From NCBI RefSeq assembly GCF_009914755.1, contig NC_060941.1: a DNA stretch of 64,000 nucleotides; one strand, 5' to 3'. Shown here piece by piece: positions 27,786 to 43,729 of this stretch. Position 1 is the stretch's first letter; every line of letters starts with the position of its first letter. The translations under genes and the position numbers were made by a program. The notes beneath the pieces were generated by a model, which had not been told where the DNA came from, did no database searches, and saw only the letters and a list, made by a program, of their open reading frames with translations. Source of the DNA: the human T2T-CHM13v2.0 reference genome, Homo sapiens.

Positions 27786-30144
27786 TTTATTACAATATAG
27801 ATAGCACTCAAAATATTTTAAAATTAGTATGCATGAACATCAACCTACCAGGACAGATGCTAGTTCATTCAGAACAAACGCTAGCTGTAGACAGCTGATC
27901 CCCATATAGGTGCATACTGCCTGATAATCTGCCCTGCCTGATTGTGGATACAGTTTCTATTTCATGTTTCTTCTCCAGTAGCAGCAGAAATATATGTTGT
28001 CTGTTGGACTGTGCCAATGTCTTACCCTCTGTGCATGAGGGTCCTTTTCTTTCCTTTGTGTTAACAAGTTCCTTGGTCTCTGATCTGTCTCTCTGGTACA
28101 GTGGATTTTGACTCAAACATGCTCATACTCACTGTTCCAGTTTAGGGGCAGAGACCTCCAATGTCTTCTGCTTATTATATGTAGGAGATGGGAGACAGGC
28201 TCTTGAAATGTGACTGTAAAACTGATTGTGTTAGTTTAACCCCAGTATGACTGCCGCAGGTTAGGTGGTTATTTTCTACTTTCCAATAGCGTATTATATA
28301 TAATTGCACTATATTACTTACTATATTTTGTCTTATTTGTCTATTGGGTCTCCATTTTTCCTAGTAATGTAAGAGTTTATTAATAGCAGGGTCTTTGCAT
28401 ACAGAACAGTGCTAGTGCCTTGTATTTAGGTTATCAAGTTTGATGAAGGAAACTACAATTCCTGGAATTCGGATTCTGTATTTCAGAAATCTTGAGTTAC
28501 TTTATCAGAGTTGGTTTTTTTGTTTGTTTTACTGGCTCCATTTTCTGCATTAAATGATTTTTTTCATTAGTGATCATATATATGTAAGCAACTTACTTGG
28601 TTCTAGACATTAAGTGGGTAGATGAACCAGCATGATATGATTGAAACCCAGTTTTTATTTTCTTTTGCAAAAATAGCATTATGCAGGCATTGAGTTCTGG
28701 TGTACAAGATGTGTACTGGTGTAATGATGTCCACGAAACCAGCTCATGCTGGAAGATGGGAAAATGCGGACGGTGTGGCTTTGCATGATTTCCATTATTT
28801 GTAGCCAACTTTATTTGATTAATACATGCTGGTGTGTCAATAGAACTAGTATATTAAATTGTCAAATATACTATATTCTGATCCTCTTTCCTTGCAAATA
28901 TGTAAAATATTTAGTAGAAATGAGATGTTTATGCTCTTGAAACACACAAATTATTCTTCAGTCTGGAAAGTTACAGTGATTTCTTTATTGAACCAACTGT
29001 GGTTAATTACGTAGAGTGACAAGGAAATTATTTCAATATTCAGTGTATTATTTCTTTATCTCAGTATAAGAATATATCTAGTATAGTAGCATTACTAATG
29101 AATAAGACCGTTCTGTTTATGTGCCAGGTTGTAAACTAGGTGCATAATCCTCATTTAATTATCAGAATAATGTTGTGAAAGTACTATTATTTTCCTACAG
29201 GAAATATTAATTTTATATTATATTCTGGCTTTATAGTTATCTACATCCCAAGTTTCAAATCAGTATTGTTGGTAGCATGTATTTAGAACCTTTTCATTCT
29301 GATATATAAAGTATATATTTGTTTGTTGGTGGTTGGATAATATTTGGAAGATCTGAGCTTAAATGATAAATCCCTCTGAAATATCTTTATTGCTTGTTCT
29401 GTATTTCTTCAGAAATTTAATTTGTTGTAGATTTTTTAAATTAAAACACTATTTTTATAAAATTAAACTTGAGATGCCTTTTGGAATACGTAGCCCCAAC
29501 TTGAGGCCAATAATTCATTATTATTTAGAATGTTAGGGATATGTCTTAGAATGTATTGTTATAGTTTCATTAATTTTTTAAAAAGTTAATTTATACCAAA
29601 CAATGTAGACATTTAAAAAGGATATGTTAAGGCTTCTTCCTGTTCCACTCTCCTAAAGTAACAAATACCTACATTCAGTTTGTATCTTTCCATGTTTTCC
29701 TCTGAGCTCATACTGGCATATGCAAGGATGCGTATGCATATATAAACCAGTTTGAAGGTTTTTGAAAAATAAAATGCAGTTTTAGTTCTCCCCTTCTCTC
29801 TCAATTAACAGTATAGCATGGCCATCCCTCCAGGAACATACTTAAATTCTTAATTTCTTAAAATCTGTATATTGGTTGATAGTCTAAGTAACCCATTATG
29901 TATTCCACTGTTTCCGCATATATGAGTGTTCAGATTTGCAAAGTGATTATGATAATTAATTTATAATCTTAAGCTCTTGGAATACGTAGCCCCAAGCACA
30001 TTTTGTATCAGAACATATTAAATAGACTATTTAGCTTATGATAATTGGCCCAATTAACACTAGAAGCCTTGTAGAAGCCGCTCCTTGCTTATTCACCTTT
30101 ATGATAGAAAAGGAATAAAAGCATGACAACTAAAAAGTTTGGAA

Positions 30145-30464
<320 letters not shown>

Positions 30465-30864
30465 CTAGAAAGATTTTATTTTAAAATATTCTTATGTGAA
30501 TTTTTCTGGTAAGAGATAAAAGTTATAAAAAAACTTTGTAAGTCTTTTTGAAGGGTCATAAACAGTTGGATAAGAAATTATTAGGAAGGTATCTATTGGT
30601 AAAGCCTGGGGAAAATTATTATAGAGTTGATACATTTTTTGTTTTGTTTCATATGAAGAGCAGTTGGTTTTAATGTTTTTTTCCTAGTGAAAGTTTGAAG
30701 AGCTAGTTCCCACAAGGGGGCAGAATAAGACAAACCTGAAAACCTTCACACTATAAACACAGAAGTGGTAAATAATGTAACAAAATTTATTTTAAATTTA
30801 TAGTTGATTTATTAAGAAGGAAGGGGAAATCACAAGGAGCTAGAAATGAGCAGAGAGGTAATTT

Positions 30865-31525
30865 TCTGATCGTCCTATGAATGGTACCATATATTGGCAT
30901 ATGTACCTACCTGTCCCCCGGCACATGTATGGACTGTAGGGTGATCATTCAGCTGTGGCCTTAGATTAGTATTGATGAGTGGAAGTTCATTTTGCTAAGT
31001 CCATGTATAAACTCCATCCCTTTGTTAATGAGGGTAGGGTAGAGTGGCTGGTTAGGCCATTTTCATTGGCTGAGACTGACTGAGTCCCCAGAACAGGCCA
31101 TCTTGTTTACCAGGTTAAGCAGCCCCTTCTCTGCTGTGTTTGCTCTTTGTCAGGTATTCACATGGGGCATAAATTACTTCATGTGTGTTCCCTTTCAAAG
31201 AGATACAGCCAAATTCTTTGACACCAGATATCTTTGTAATCAGTTTTCTAATTGTTCCAAGTCTCTGAATATCCAGTAAAACCATTAAACACTGTCCATG
31301 AGTCAGTATAGAACAGTACCTCTGTTATCTCTCCTTACAATCAAAATGGACAATCAGGCCCTGCTCAAATTTCTGCCACAGGGAGGGCTTCACTTCTTCA
31401 CTTCACCACTCCTTCAGGACCACCCCTGAATGGGGCTGCTGTGCTGTTGTCATCTACGTGTCATGCAGAGCCATGACATAACTACTCTGCCAGTCACTTC
31501 CTGTAGCTGTGTCTTCATCCAGACC
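30865..31525 (-). mobile_element. ERVL/MaLR-internal pol fragment (RNase H to integrase N-terminus)
   Basis: Minus strand reads degenerate HVN...AE...NLVNKMA and P.YGTI, resembling ERV-L SHVNAHQ...NNQVDRM...SPRYGTIP. Confidence 0.65.
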
Positions 31526-31969
31526 AAGTGATGAGAGAACAGACAGAGAAAAAAGCAACAGCAATGAGGATGTACTTCACACCCTTGGGACCACAACTCC
31601 TGGGATAAGAGAAAAAGATTCCCTTCTCTCAGACTTCAGGTGCTTGCCCAGTCACCACTACCATATCTGCCTGGGAACTGGGATGGAAGAAAAGGGGGAA
31701 AGGGAAAAAAAGGGGGAGATTTCCTCCAGTCTCTTGGAGCCATAAGGGCCCCTTTTTCTGGTCCTCAGACCAGAAAGGGAGGGATTCTCTTGGAGTTTTT
31801 TCTGATCTTACCCAGTAGATACTTCTCTGAGTTTTGAGCTCTCCAAGCCAGGTAAAATGCAAGGAAAAAACATAGTAAACTCAGTACCACTTCAGAACTT
31901 TAAGTTCTGTGCTCCTTCCCCAGTCTGCCTGATAATATTTGTTTTCAGTCTTCAGACGGCTTTTGGATA

Positions 31970-34900
31970 TTGTCAAATGCTTTTTATGGATCTGATCATA
32001 TGGATATGATCATGTGATTTTTCTTCTTTAGCCTGTTCATGTGATTGATTTTGTTAATTGATTTTCAAGTGTTGAGCTAGTCTGGCATACCTGGTATAAA
32101 TACCACTTAGTCATGGTGTGTAATTCCTTTTATACATTTTTGGATTTGATTTGTAAATATTTTATTGAGAATTTTTGCACGTACGTTCATGAGAGAAATT
32201 TCTGTAGTGTTCTTGTTGTATCTGTCTGGTTTTCATATTAGGATAATGCTGACCTTATAGAATAAGTTAGGAAGTAGTCCTTCTGCTTCTACCTTTTGAA
32301 AAAGATTGTAGAGAATATGTGTAATTTCTTCCATAAATGTTTAGTAGAATTTACCAGTGAACCCATCTGGGCCTGGTGCTTTCTGTTTTGGAAGGTTACC
32401 AGTTACTGATTAAATTTATTTAATAGTTATAGGCCTATTCAGATTGTCTATTTTTTCTTGTAAGAATTTTGCCAGATTGTGTTTTTCAAGGAATTGGTCA
32501 TTTTATCTAGGTCATCAAATTGTGGGTGTAGAATTGCTTATAATATTCCTGTATTATCCTTTTAATGTTCATGAAATCTGTGGTGATACCCCTCTTTCAT
32601 TTCTGGGATTAGTAATTTGTGTCTCTTTCTCTCTCTCTCTTTTTTAGCCTGGCTAGAAGCTCCTCAATTTTATTGATCTTTTCAATTTTTTTTCTTTTCA
32701 AAGAACCAGGACTTGGTTTTGTTGATTTTTCTCTATTGATTCCCATTTCCAATTTCATTGATTTCTGCTCTAGTTTTTATTATTTCTTTTCTTCTGCTTG
32801 CTTTGAATTTAATTTGCTCTTCTTTTTCTAGTTTCCTAAGATAGATGCTTAGATTATTGATTTTAGATCTTTCTTTTCTAATATATATTAAGCACTATAA
32901 ATTTCAGTCTATCACTGCATCCCGCAGATTTTGAAAAGTTGTATTTTTATTTAGTTCAAAATATTTTAAAATTTCTTTTGAGATTTCTTCTTTGAACTGT
33001 GTGTTATTTAAATGTGTGTTTACTATCCAAGTATTTTGGGATTTTTCAGCTATCTTTCTGTTATTGATTTCTAGTTTAATTCTGTTGTGGTCTTAGAGCA
33101 ACCATTGTATGATTTCTATTCTTTTGAGTTTGTTAAGGTGTACTTTATTGCCCAGAATGTGTTCACTTGTAATGAACATTCCATGTGCGCTTGAAAAGAA
33201 TGTGTATTCTGCTGTTGTAATGTGAAGTAGTCCATAGGTGTCCATTATAACCAGTTGATGGATGGTGCTGTTGAGTTCAACTGTGTCCTTACTGATTTTC
33301 TGCCTGCTGGATCTGTCCATTTCTGATAGAAGGCTGTCAAAGTCTCAAGTGTAATAGTATATTCCTCTATTTATCCGTGTAGTTCTATCCATTTTTGCCT
33401 CATGTTTTGATTCTCTCTTGTTACATACTCATCAGTCAAGACTGTTAAGTCTTGTTGGGGAATTGACTCCTTTAAAGTTAGTTTTTTGTAAGTAACACAT
33501 TAGTTGGGTCTGTTTTTTTGACCCATTGTTACAATCTCTGACTTTTAATTGGTATATTTAGATTATTGACCTTTGAAGTGATTATTGATATAGTTGGATT
33601 ATTATCTGCCATACTTGTTACTATTTTCTGTTTGTTGCCCTTCACAGTTTCTATTCGTCTTCTACTCTTTTCTGCCATTTGTTGTTTTAATTCAAAATTT
33701 TATATAATTCCATTTTCTTTCCTTTCTTATATCACTTTTTTCACCTTTTTTAGTGGCTGCCTAAAATTTGCAATATATATTTACATAAATTTAAGTTCAC
33801 TTTCAAATAATACTGTACTATTTCACAGGTAGTACAGATACTGTGTAATAACAAAATATCCCTAATTCCTCCCTGGCATCCCTTATATCATTGTTGTCAT
33901 TTATTTTACTCACACACACACAAGCATACATGCACATGTGTGTCTGTATGTGTGTGTGTATATGTATATTATACATATACACATAGCACACACAAGCATA
34001 CATAATCAAATATATTGTTGCTATTATTATTTTGAACAACTTATGTGTTAGAACAATTAAGAATTTTTTAAAAAGTCTTTATCTTCACGTATTCATTCTC
34101 TAAGGCTTATCCTTTCTTTATGTAGATCAGACTTTCTGACCTATATCATTTTATTTCTCTGAAGAACTTTTAACATTTCTTGCAAGGCAGGTCTTCTGGC
34201 AACAAATTTTCTGTTTTTGTTTGGGAAAGTCTTTATTTCTCCTTCACTTTTGAAGGATGATTCTGCAGGGTATAGAATTCTAGGTTTGTTTTTTTTTTAA
34301 CCACTTTATTTCATTCTATCTTTTCTTGTATTGTTTCTGAGGAGATATCAGGTATATTAATAATTTTTTCTTTGCTTTCCTGTAGGTAAGGTTTTTTTCC
34401 CTCTGGTTTAAGATGTTTTTGTTTCTCTTTGATTTTCTGAAGTTTGAATGTGTTTTACTGAAGCATAGTTTGTTTGGCATTTATCCTGCTGGGAGTACTC
34501 GGAGCTTTCTGGTCTATGGTTTGGTATCTGACATTAATTTGGGGAAATCTTCAGTCATTATTGCCTTAAATATTTCTTCTTCTGTTATTCCCATTATGCA
34601 TATTTACACCTTTTGTAGTGGTTCCACAGTTCTTAGGTGTTCTGTTCTTTTTTCTGTTTGCTTTTCAGTTTTGAATGTTTTTATTGACATATCCTGAAGC
34701 TCAGACTCTTTCCTCAGCCACGTCCAGTCTGCTAATGAGGCCATTAAAGGCATTCTTAATTTCTATTCTAATGTTTTTGATGTACGTTTTCTTATTCTTT
34801 CATAGAAGTTCCATCTACTTATATTACTCATCTGTTCTTGCATGTTATCTACTTTTTTTCATGAAAGCCCATAGCATATTAATCATAATTGTTTACATTT

Positions 34901-36270
34901 ATAGTCAGAACCAGTTTATAGCAGGGTGTTTAATCCCTGCTGTTGAGAGGTGAAGCCAGCTGGACTTCCTGGGTCAAGTGGGGACTTGGAGAACTTTTCT
35001 CTTACAAGAGGTTTGTAAAACACACCCATTAGTGCTCTGTAGCTAGCTAGAGGTTTGTAAAATGCACCAATCAGTGCTCTGTAAAAACACACCAATCAGC
35101 GCTCTGTAGCTAGCTAGAGGTTTGTAAAATGCACCAATCAGCATTCTATAAAATGGACCAATCAGCACTCTGTAAAATGGACCAATCAGCAGGACATGGG
35201 CGGGGACAAATAAGGAAATAAAAGCTGGCCACCCCAGCCTGCAGCGGCAACTCACTGGCGTCCCTTTCTGTGCTGTGGAAGCTTTGTTCTTTTGCTCTTC
35301 ACAATAAATCTTGCAGCTGGTCACTCTTGGTTCCGTGCCACCTTTAAGAGCTGTAACAATCACCACGAAGGTCTGTGTCAGTGAGACCACAAACCCATCG
35401 GAAGGAACCAAATCCGGACACACTGTAACTGGGTGTGTTTCTAATCCTTGCTCTGTCTCTTCCAACAGTATCTTTCGCCTTTTAATGTGTCTTGCAATTT
35501 TTTGCTGAAAGGTAGACATGATGTTTTGAGTGGAAGGAACTGTGGTGAATAAACCTTTAGTAATGTAGTGTTCAGGTGTGTGGGAAAAGGAAGCATCTAA
35601 GTACTTTGGTAAGTTCTTGTCTTTTGGTGAGCCTGTGCCCCTTCACTATGAACTTTACCAGTGCTTCTCTGTTTTTTTCTTTGTTTTTCTTTGTTTTTTG
35701 TTTTTTTTCTCCCTTCTCATAGTTAGGTGGAACAGGATGGCTAGAGGAGGCTGAAGTTTGGTATTTTTCTTTCACAAGTGTGGTTAAGCTCTGGGAAAAT
35801 AATTTCTCCTGATGGTTAAGAAGAATACCATTCTCTGGTACATTTCAAAATGGTTACTTTCCTCTGCCCCTCCTGGAAGTAGGAGTGGATTTTTCCTCAA
35901 TACTGACTGAGAGTCTCATAGTGCTCCAGGAGATAAAACTCACAAAAGATTGGGGCCCCTCTGAAACTGGGTCCCCTCAGAATTTTGATTTCTCAGGCTT
36001 GTCTGCCTGAGCCTCCAATAATTCATCAACTACAGTTCAGGTTTTCCTACTTCTGTATTGGTTCCCACTGAGGTTGCTGCTTGTGCGTTTCTGCATTCTC
36101 TATAGTCACCTGTCTCTCTCCAACTTTGGCACAGCAGTTTACATTGTGACTTCCCTTCTCTAAAGAATGTAAGAAGAGTTGTTGATTTTTCAACGTGTTT
36201 AGTTTTTTACATGTTAGATGAAGTGAAAACTTCTAAGCTCCTTACATGCCAGATGGGAAACTAGAATTAA
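31970..36270 (-). mobile_element. L1M (L1MD/MC-like) ORF2/ORF1/5' region, split by LTR12
   Basis: Peptide MDRSSRQKISKDTVELNSTIHQL...AEYTFFSSAHG (L1 endonuclease domain). Confidence 0.85.
34944..35422 (+). mobile_element. LTR12F-like (ERV9 family) solo LTR
   Basis: TGAGAGGTGAAGCCAGCTG start, ...ggacaCA end, 4-bp TSD ctgt, tandem ccaatcagc repeats, GC box, AATAAA at 35303. Confidence 0.92.
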
Positions 36271-36399
36271 GCTCTATGCATTCTTTCCAGGGTTTATAGT
36301 TGTATTCAATGAGAGAGACGAGGTAGGGTATGCGTACTCCATCTTTCCTGGAATTGGAACCTAATTAAATTTTTCAAATATATGTCCTTACTGATTTTT

Positions 36400-37310
36400 T
36401 TAAACAGTCATATGATTTGTTTCCTTGTATTAATTCTCTTGTGTAGAACAAGAGAAAATTTTTGGCTAAAGGCCTTCCTATGTGGTATATAGTCATAAGG
36501 TTTCTTTCCAGTGTGACTTTTCATATCTTTAAAGGCAAGAAGGACTGTTGAAGCTTTTCTAACATATTCATTACATATATGATTTCTCTCCTTTATATGT
36601 CCTCACCTTTTTCCATAGGCATAGGTTGAATAACTTCTGAAAACCTTCCCAGTCATTGCATTTATAGCCTTTCTTCCCAGAATGTGTCTAAACATGTTCA
36701 GTAATATTAAAGTTCCTGCTCAAGACTTTCCTGAATTCACCGCATTCGTTGTGTTTCTCTCATGTGTGTATAGCCATTGTAAGGTGAAAGTTTCTGCTTT
36801 TTCCCAGTCAGTGCTGTTGTCGAGTTTTCTCCAACATGGATATCTGCTCCAGTGCACAGTAAAATCAGCGCTCCTACTAAAGGTTCCCACAGTCTTTGTG
36901 TTGAGTTTTTGCCCAGTGTATATTCTCTTGTGCACTATAAAGCAAGAGCTGTTTTTGAAGAAATTTACACACTGATTACAGTCATAAAGTTTGTCTTTGG
37001 TGTGAGATCTCATGTAAGTTTTGGAGGTGACTGTAGATCAAATACTGTCCTGCTCTAAAATTGTTCAAAGGGTTTCTTTTCATTTTGAATTCTCCCATGT
37101 CTCTGAAGGGAATAACGGTTACCGAAGGCTTTTGTAGAGTCTTTACACTCATGGTTTGTCTCTTGTCTATGATTTCTGTCTCCTGCAGAATAACATTAGC
37201 ACTCCTTTTGAAGGCTTTTCCATATAGATTTCATTCATAGAATTTATTTCACTAGGAGTCCTCTCTGTTTGCATCTCACTGATGCAGACATACTATTGAA
37301 AAGCTGAAAG
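36400..37310 (-). pseudogene. Decayed C2H2 (KRAB-type) zinc-finger array fragment
   Basis: Minus-strand translation gives repeated degenerate fingers/linkers: KFYE*NLYGKAF, HECKDSTKAFGNRYSLQRHGRIQNEKKPF, MRSHTKDKLYDCNQCVNFFKNSSCFIVHKRIYTG, HTGKKPYDY...KAF. Stops and frameshifts are present. Confidence 0.85.
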
Positions 37311-38461
37311 TTGTTCATTTTCTCATGTCTGCTATTACTACTGTTCAAGTCTGCACTGGAGATTCTAGTCAGGGCATTAAAGCCTCTGCAAGTAAAGATG
37401 TACCTCCTGTGCTGAGATTGTGAGACGAAAACACCGAAAGAAGACCCTGGGACAGAGCATTCCAGGCAGATGGAAGGGCCAGAGCTGAGTCTCCACAGAA
37501 GACTGGAGGCCTGAGTCAGCTTTGCCCCTCTGCCCAGCTAGGGGCTACCCTAATACCCATGTCTCAATCAGTCTGAGTTACGTGATATACAAACGAGAGA
37601 AAGTCCCTACTGTTAAGATACTTTCATTCTGGAGGAGTGAGAGAAATAAAAGAAGAAAGTCATATCAGGTAATGATAAGTGCTGTGTGAATTGAGGGGGA
37701 AAGTGGGAAGGGATGAAGTCAGAGAAGTTGGAAGGGGAGGAGGTAAGACAATTAAGTAGGTGGGTGCCAGATCATGTAGAGCTTTGTAGACCGTGGTAAG
37801 GATTTGGGTTCTAATTTTCTTCTGTTGCTGATTGACTGTATGATCTTTAATTAGTTATTAAACTTTCTCTGCTTAATTTTTTTTAATATTTAATAGTATG
37901 TGAATGTGTGAGATAATTGCAGTCTCAGAGTGGTATAAATCTTTGCATGAAAGAACATTAGGAATAATTTAGGCCAAACCCCATTGTTTCAGACATACAT
38001 GAAAGACCTTTGAGAAATTATGCATTGTTATTGTGTGTATTATGTTTAACATGCCTACAGTCGTTTTAGGGACCAGACTACCACCTGTGCTGTTATTTTA
38101 AAAGTGTACTTTGGAGATAAAATATCCAATTAGAAAAGTTCACAAATCATAAGTGTACAGTGAGTATGTTATTACAAATTAGGTTTTTTAAAAGTCAGGT
38201 TTATTTAATTTATATAAGTAAAATTTGCCATTTTAAGTGTACATACCATGAATTTTTAAAACATATATAGTCATGTTAAATACCACTAAATCAAATATAG
38301 CTTATTTCCATAAAAAGTTCCCTCATGCCCCCTTGTAATTAGTTGTCTCCCTCAACCTAATCCCTAGCAACCACTTAAGTGTTTTCTAATACTATAGTAT
38401 TTCCCAGAATATTCTGTAAATGAAGCCATGTAGTATATAGTCTTTTGACCGTATTACTGAC

Positions 38462-40447
<1,986 letters not shown>

Positions 40448-40727
40448 CTATTTGTGTGTGGGAGGAGGGACATATATCTTCATTTCTTTTGGGTAAATTC
40501 CTAGGAGCTGGATTTCTGGGTCATATGGTAGGTTTACTTACAAACTGCCAAACTGTTTCCCAACTTATATATACCAGTTGATATTGTCACCAGCAGTATA
40601 TGAGAGCTGTAGTTCATTCTTGTCAGCACTCGGTTTTGCTGGTATTTTTTTTTTTTAGCCATTTTACTAGGTGTGTAGTAGTAACTCCTAGTTTGAATTA
40701 CTGTAATGATTAATGATGTTGAGCATC

Positions 40728-41131
40728 TGTATTAGGCCATTCTTGCATTGCTATAAAGAAATACCTGAGACTGGGTAGTATATAAAGAAAAGAGGTTTAA
40801 TTGGCTCACAATTCTGGAAGCTGTACAGGAATCATGGTGCTGGCATCTGCTTGGCTTCTAGGGAAGCTTTAGGGAACTTTCAATCATAGTGGAAGGTGGA
40901 TGGGGAAGCCACCTTCTCACATGGCGGGAGCAGGAGCAAGGGGTGGAGGGAGGTGATACATACTTTTAAATGACCATATCTCATGAGAACTCACTATCAC
41001 GAAGACAGCAACAAGCTATGAGGGATCCCCCTCCGGCCATCATCCAAACACCTCCCAACAGGCCCACCTTCGGTATTGGTGATTACAGTTCAACATGAGA
41101 TAGGGGCGGGGCAAATATCCAAACTATATTA
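40728..41131 (-). mobile_element. MSTA-like MaLR solo LTR
   Basis: tgtattaggccattcttgcattgctataaagaaatacctgagactggg...caaatatccaaactata; TSD-like (g/t)catc. Confidence 0.88.
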
Positions 41132-43427
41132 TCATCCATGTTTCTTACTTAGTGAAGCGTCTGTTCAGATCTTTTGCCCATTTTTAAAATTGGGTAGTTT
41201 GCATTCTTGTTCCTGAGTTAAGAGTTCTTACAGCCTAACTACTAGTCCTTTATTAGATATGTGTTTTGCAAGTATTTTCTTTCAATCGGTACTGCTTTTC
41301 ATTTTGTAACACTATCATTTGAAGAGTAGAAATTTTTAATTTTTGTGAATTCCAGTTCATCCGTTTTTTAATATGGTTCATCTTTTTGGGATCCTTTGTA
41401 AGAAATCTACCTGACCCAAGGTCACACAGATTTTCTCCTGTGTTTTCTTCTAAAATGTTTATAATTTTATAGTTTTATAGTTTCTTCTAATAGTTTTATA
41501 GTTTTTTTTTTTAACATTTTCAGTCTGTGACTAATTTCTCTTTGATGTTTTCATGAGTAGAGGTATGCTTCAAGGTCCGTGTTTTTGCATTTGGAGGTCT
41601 AGTAGCTAACAAAATTATTTGTTGAAAATATCCTTTCTACACTGAATTATCCTTTCACCTTTGTCACAAATTAGTTGGCTATATGTGTGGTTCTTTTTCT
41701 GGATGCTCTAGACTGTTTCATTCATTTTGTGTCCATTGTTTTTCTAACACCATCTAAGCTCTGGATTACTGTACCACATAGTAGGTCTTGAAATTATATA
41801 CTGTTTGGACTCCAGTTTTGGTTTTGTTTGTTCAAAATTGTTGTGGCTATCCTAGTTCTTTTGTTTTTCTGTATAAATTTTAAAATTAGCTTATTGATTG
41901 CTATAAAAGTTAACTGCCTGCTATATTTCCATTGGGATTGCTTCAAACCTGTAGATCACTTTGGAGACAATTGACATAGTGTTATGGAGTCTTCAGATCC
42001 ATAAACATGGTACATTGCTCCATTTAGCATTTTTGGGTTTTGTTTTCATTTTTTTAGAGACAGTATCTCACTATGTTGCTCAGGCTGGTCTTAAACTCCT
42101 GAGCTCAAGCATTTCTTCTGTCTCAGCCTCCCAAGTAGTAGCTGGGACTACAGGCACATGCCACAACTCCTGACTCTATTTAGGTTTCTAATTTCTCTTA
42201 CCAGTTTCTTGTAGTTTTCAGAGTACATGGTATGTACTCTGTCAGATGTATTCCTAAATATTTTATGTTTTTAGTAGTGTTATTGTAATGATATTGGTTA
42301 AATGTTTTTTAAAATTTTCCAAATGTTCATTGCTAGTATATAGAAAGACACTTGATTCTTGTACATTAACTTTGTAACCTGTGAATTTGCCTTACTGACT
42401 TATTTTTTCTTATAGCTTTTTTGTAGATACCTTAGAATTTTTACATAGGCAGTCATGTTGTCTGATCATATGATCCTATACTCGTTGTTAAACTTCTCGG
42501 GGCCTGTTTCTTGCCTGACGTGTGGACTTGTAAGGATGTTACAGAGTCACAGAGTGATGATACGAGCTCTGAGTTAAAAAGACATTTGGAATAATTTAGG
42601 CAAAACTCCTTTGCTTCTGTTACATAATGCAAAATCGCTTTGTCTTTAGGGGCCAGTTTATCACCATGCTATATATTTTTTTCCTGTGTACTTTTTAAAA
42701 GTAAACTTTTATTGAAGCATGACATGTAAACTGAAAAATTCACCAATGATGTATACAGTTCACTGAATTATCACAAGTGAACATATTATGCTAGAGGTTT
42801 TTGATTTCTAGGTTTTTATTTGTGGTTATTTTTATTACTTGAAAAACTAGAAGGCAGTTCTCTAGAATATGTATTGTCTTCAATGGAAGAGTTTCTCTGT
42901 TAACTTGAACTTTAATATCTAATAATCATTTATGTTAAGTATAATACCTCGTGATAACTGAAATTTCAGTTGGATCATAGTCACTCCTAACATTTCTTTG
43001 GTGTCCATACACTTTAGATTCTGCTGCATTCTGACCTCAACTTCTGAATGTCTAGTCACCAGGTGTCCAGCATAACTGAATTTTTTCTGTCAAGTTAGCA
43101 GTTTTTAAATTCTGCCACATCTCCATCATATTATCTCAGTCACTTTTAATTTGGTTGACTGAAGCAGGAAAAGAAAAGTAGAAAATAAATATTGAGTAAT
43201 GTAGAGTACCAGTAGGTGCTGTCTTACATGCTTGGTAAATTGGATTCCTCCCCCGCCCCGCCTTTTTTTTTTAACTTCATGTTATAAAACTATACATGTA
43301 TTCCTTATGCTATGCAACTTTGCAGAAGCTCCCACTGGTATAGGCCAAGTATATGTCCCTGCCCCACTGATGCTTCTCTTGGCTCCATGAGTTCCTTGGG
43401 CCAGTGGAATGTTAGTGAGCAGAGAGG

Positions 43428-43729
43428 TTTTTCTTTGTTGTTTTTTTCAGTAGAGACAGGGTCTTACTCTGTTGCCCAGGCCAAAGTACAGTAGTATGAT
43501 CGTAGCTCACTGCAGCCTCAAACTCCTGGGCTCAATTGATCCTCCTACTTCAGCCTTCCGAGTAGCTGGGACGACAGGTACGCCACGCCCAGCTAATATT
43601 TTTCGTTTTTGTAGAGACAGTGTCTTACATTGTTGCCCACATCGATCTCAAACTCCTGGCTTCAAACAACCCTCCTGCCTCAGCCTCCCAAAGTGCTGGG
43701 ATTTCAAATGTGGGCCACTGTGCCCAGCC
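43428..43729 (-). mobile_element. AluJ inserted in an MLT1-like LTR (~43290-43990)
   Basis: Dimeric Alu with TSD-like tgagcaga; flanks ggccagtggaatgttagtg and aaaccactgagattttg are MLT1-like. Confidence 0.88.

Noticed and set aside
28690-28800. Possible C/D-box snoRNA or conserved RNA
   Set aside because: No exact box C (RUGAUGA) with suitably placed box D and terminal stem; conservation cannot be assessed from sequence alone.
35043-35519. 158-aa ORF as a novel protein
   Set aside because: It is an antisense reading of LTR12 CCAAT tandem repeats (LIGPFYR units).
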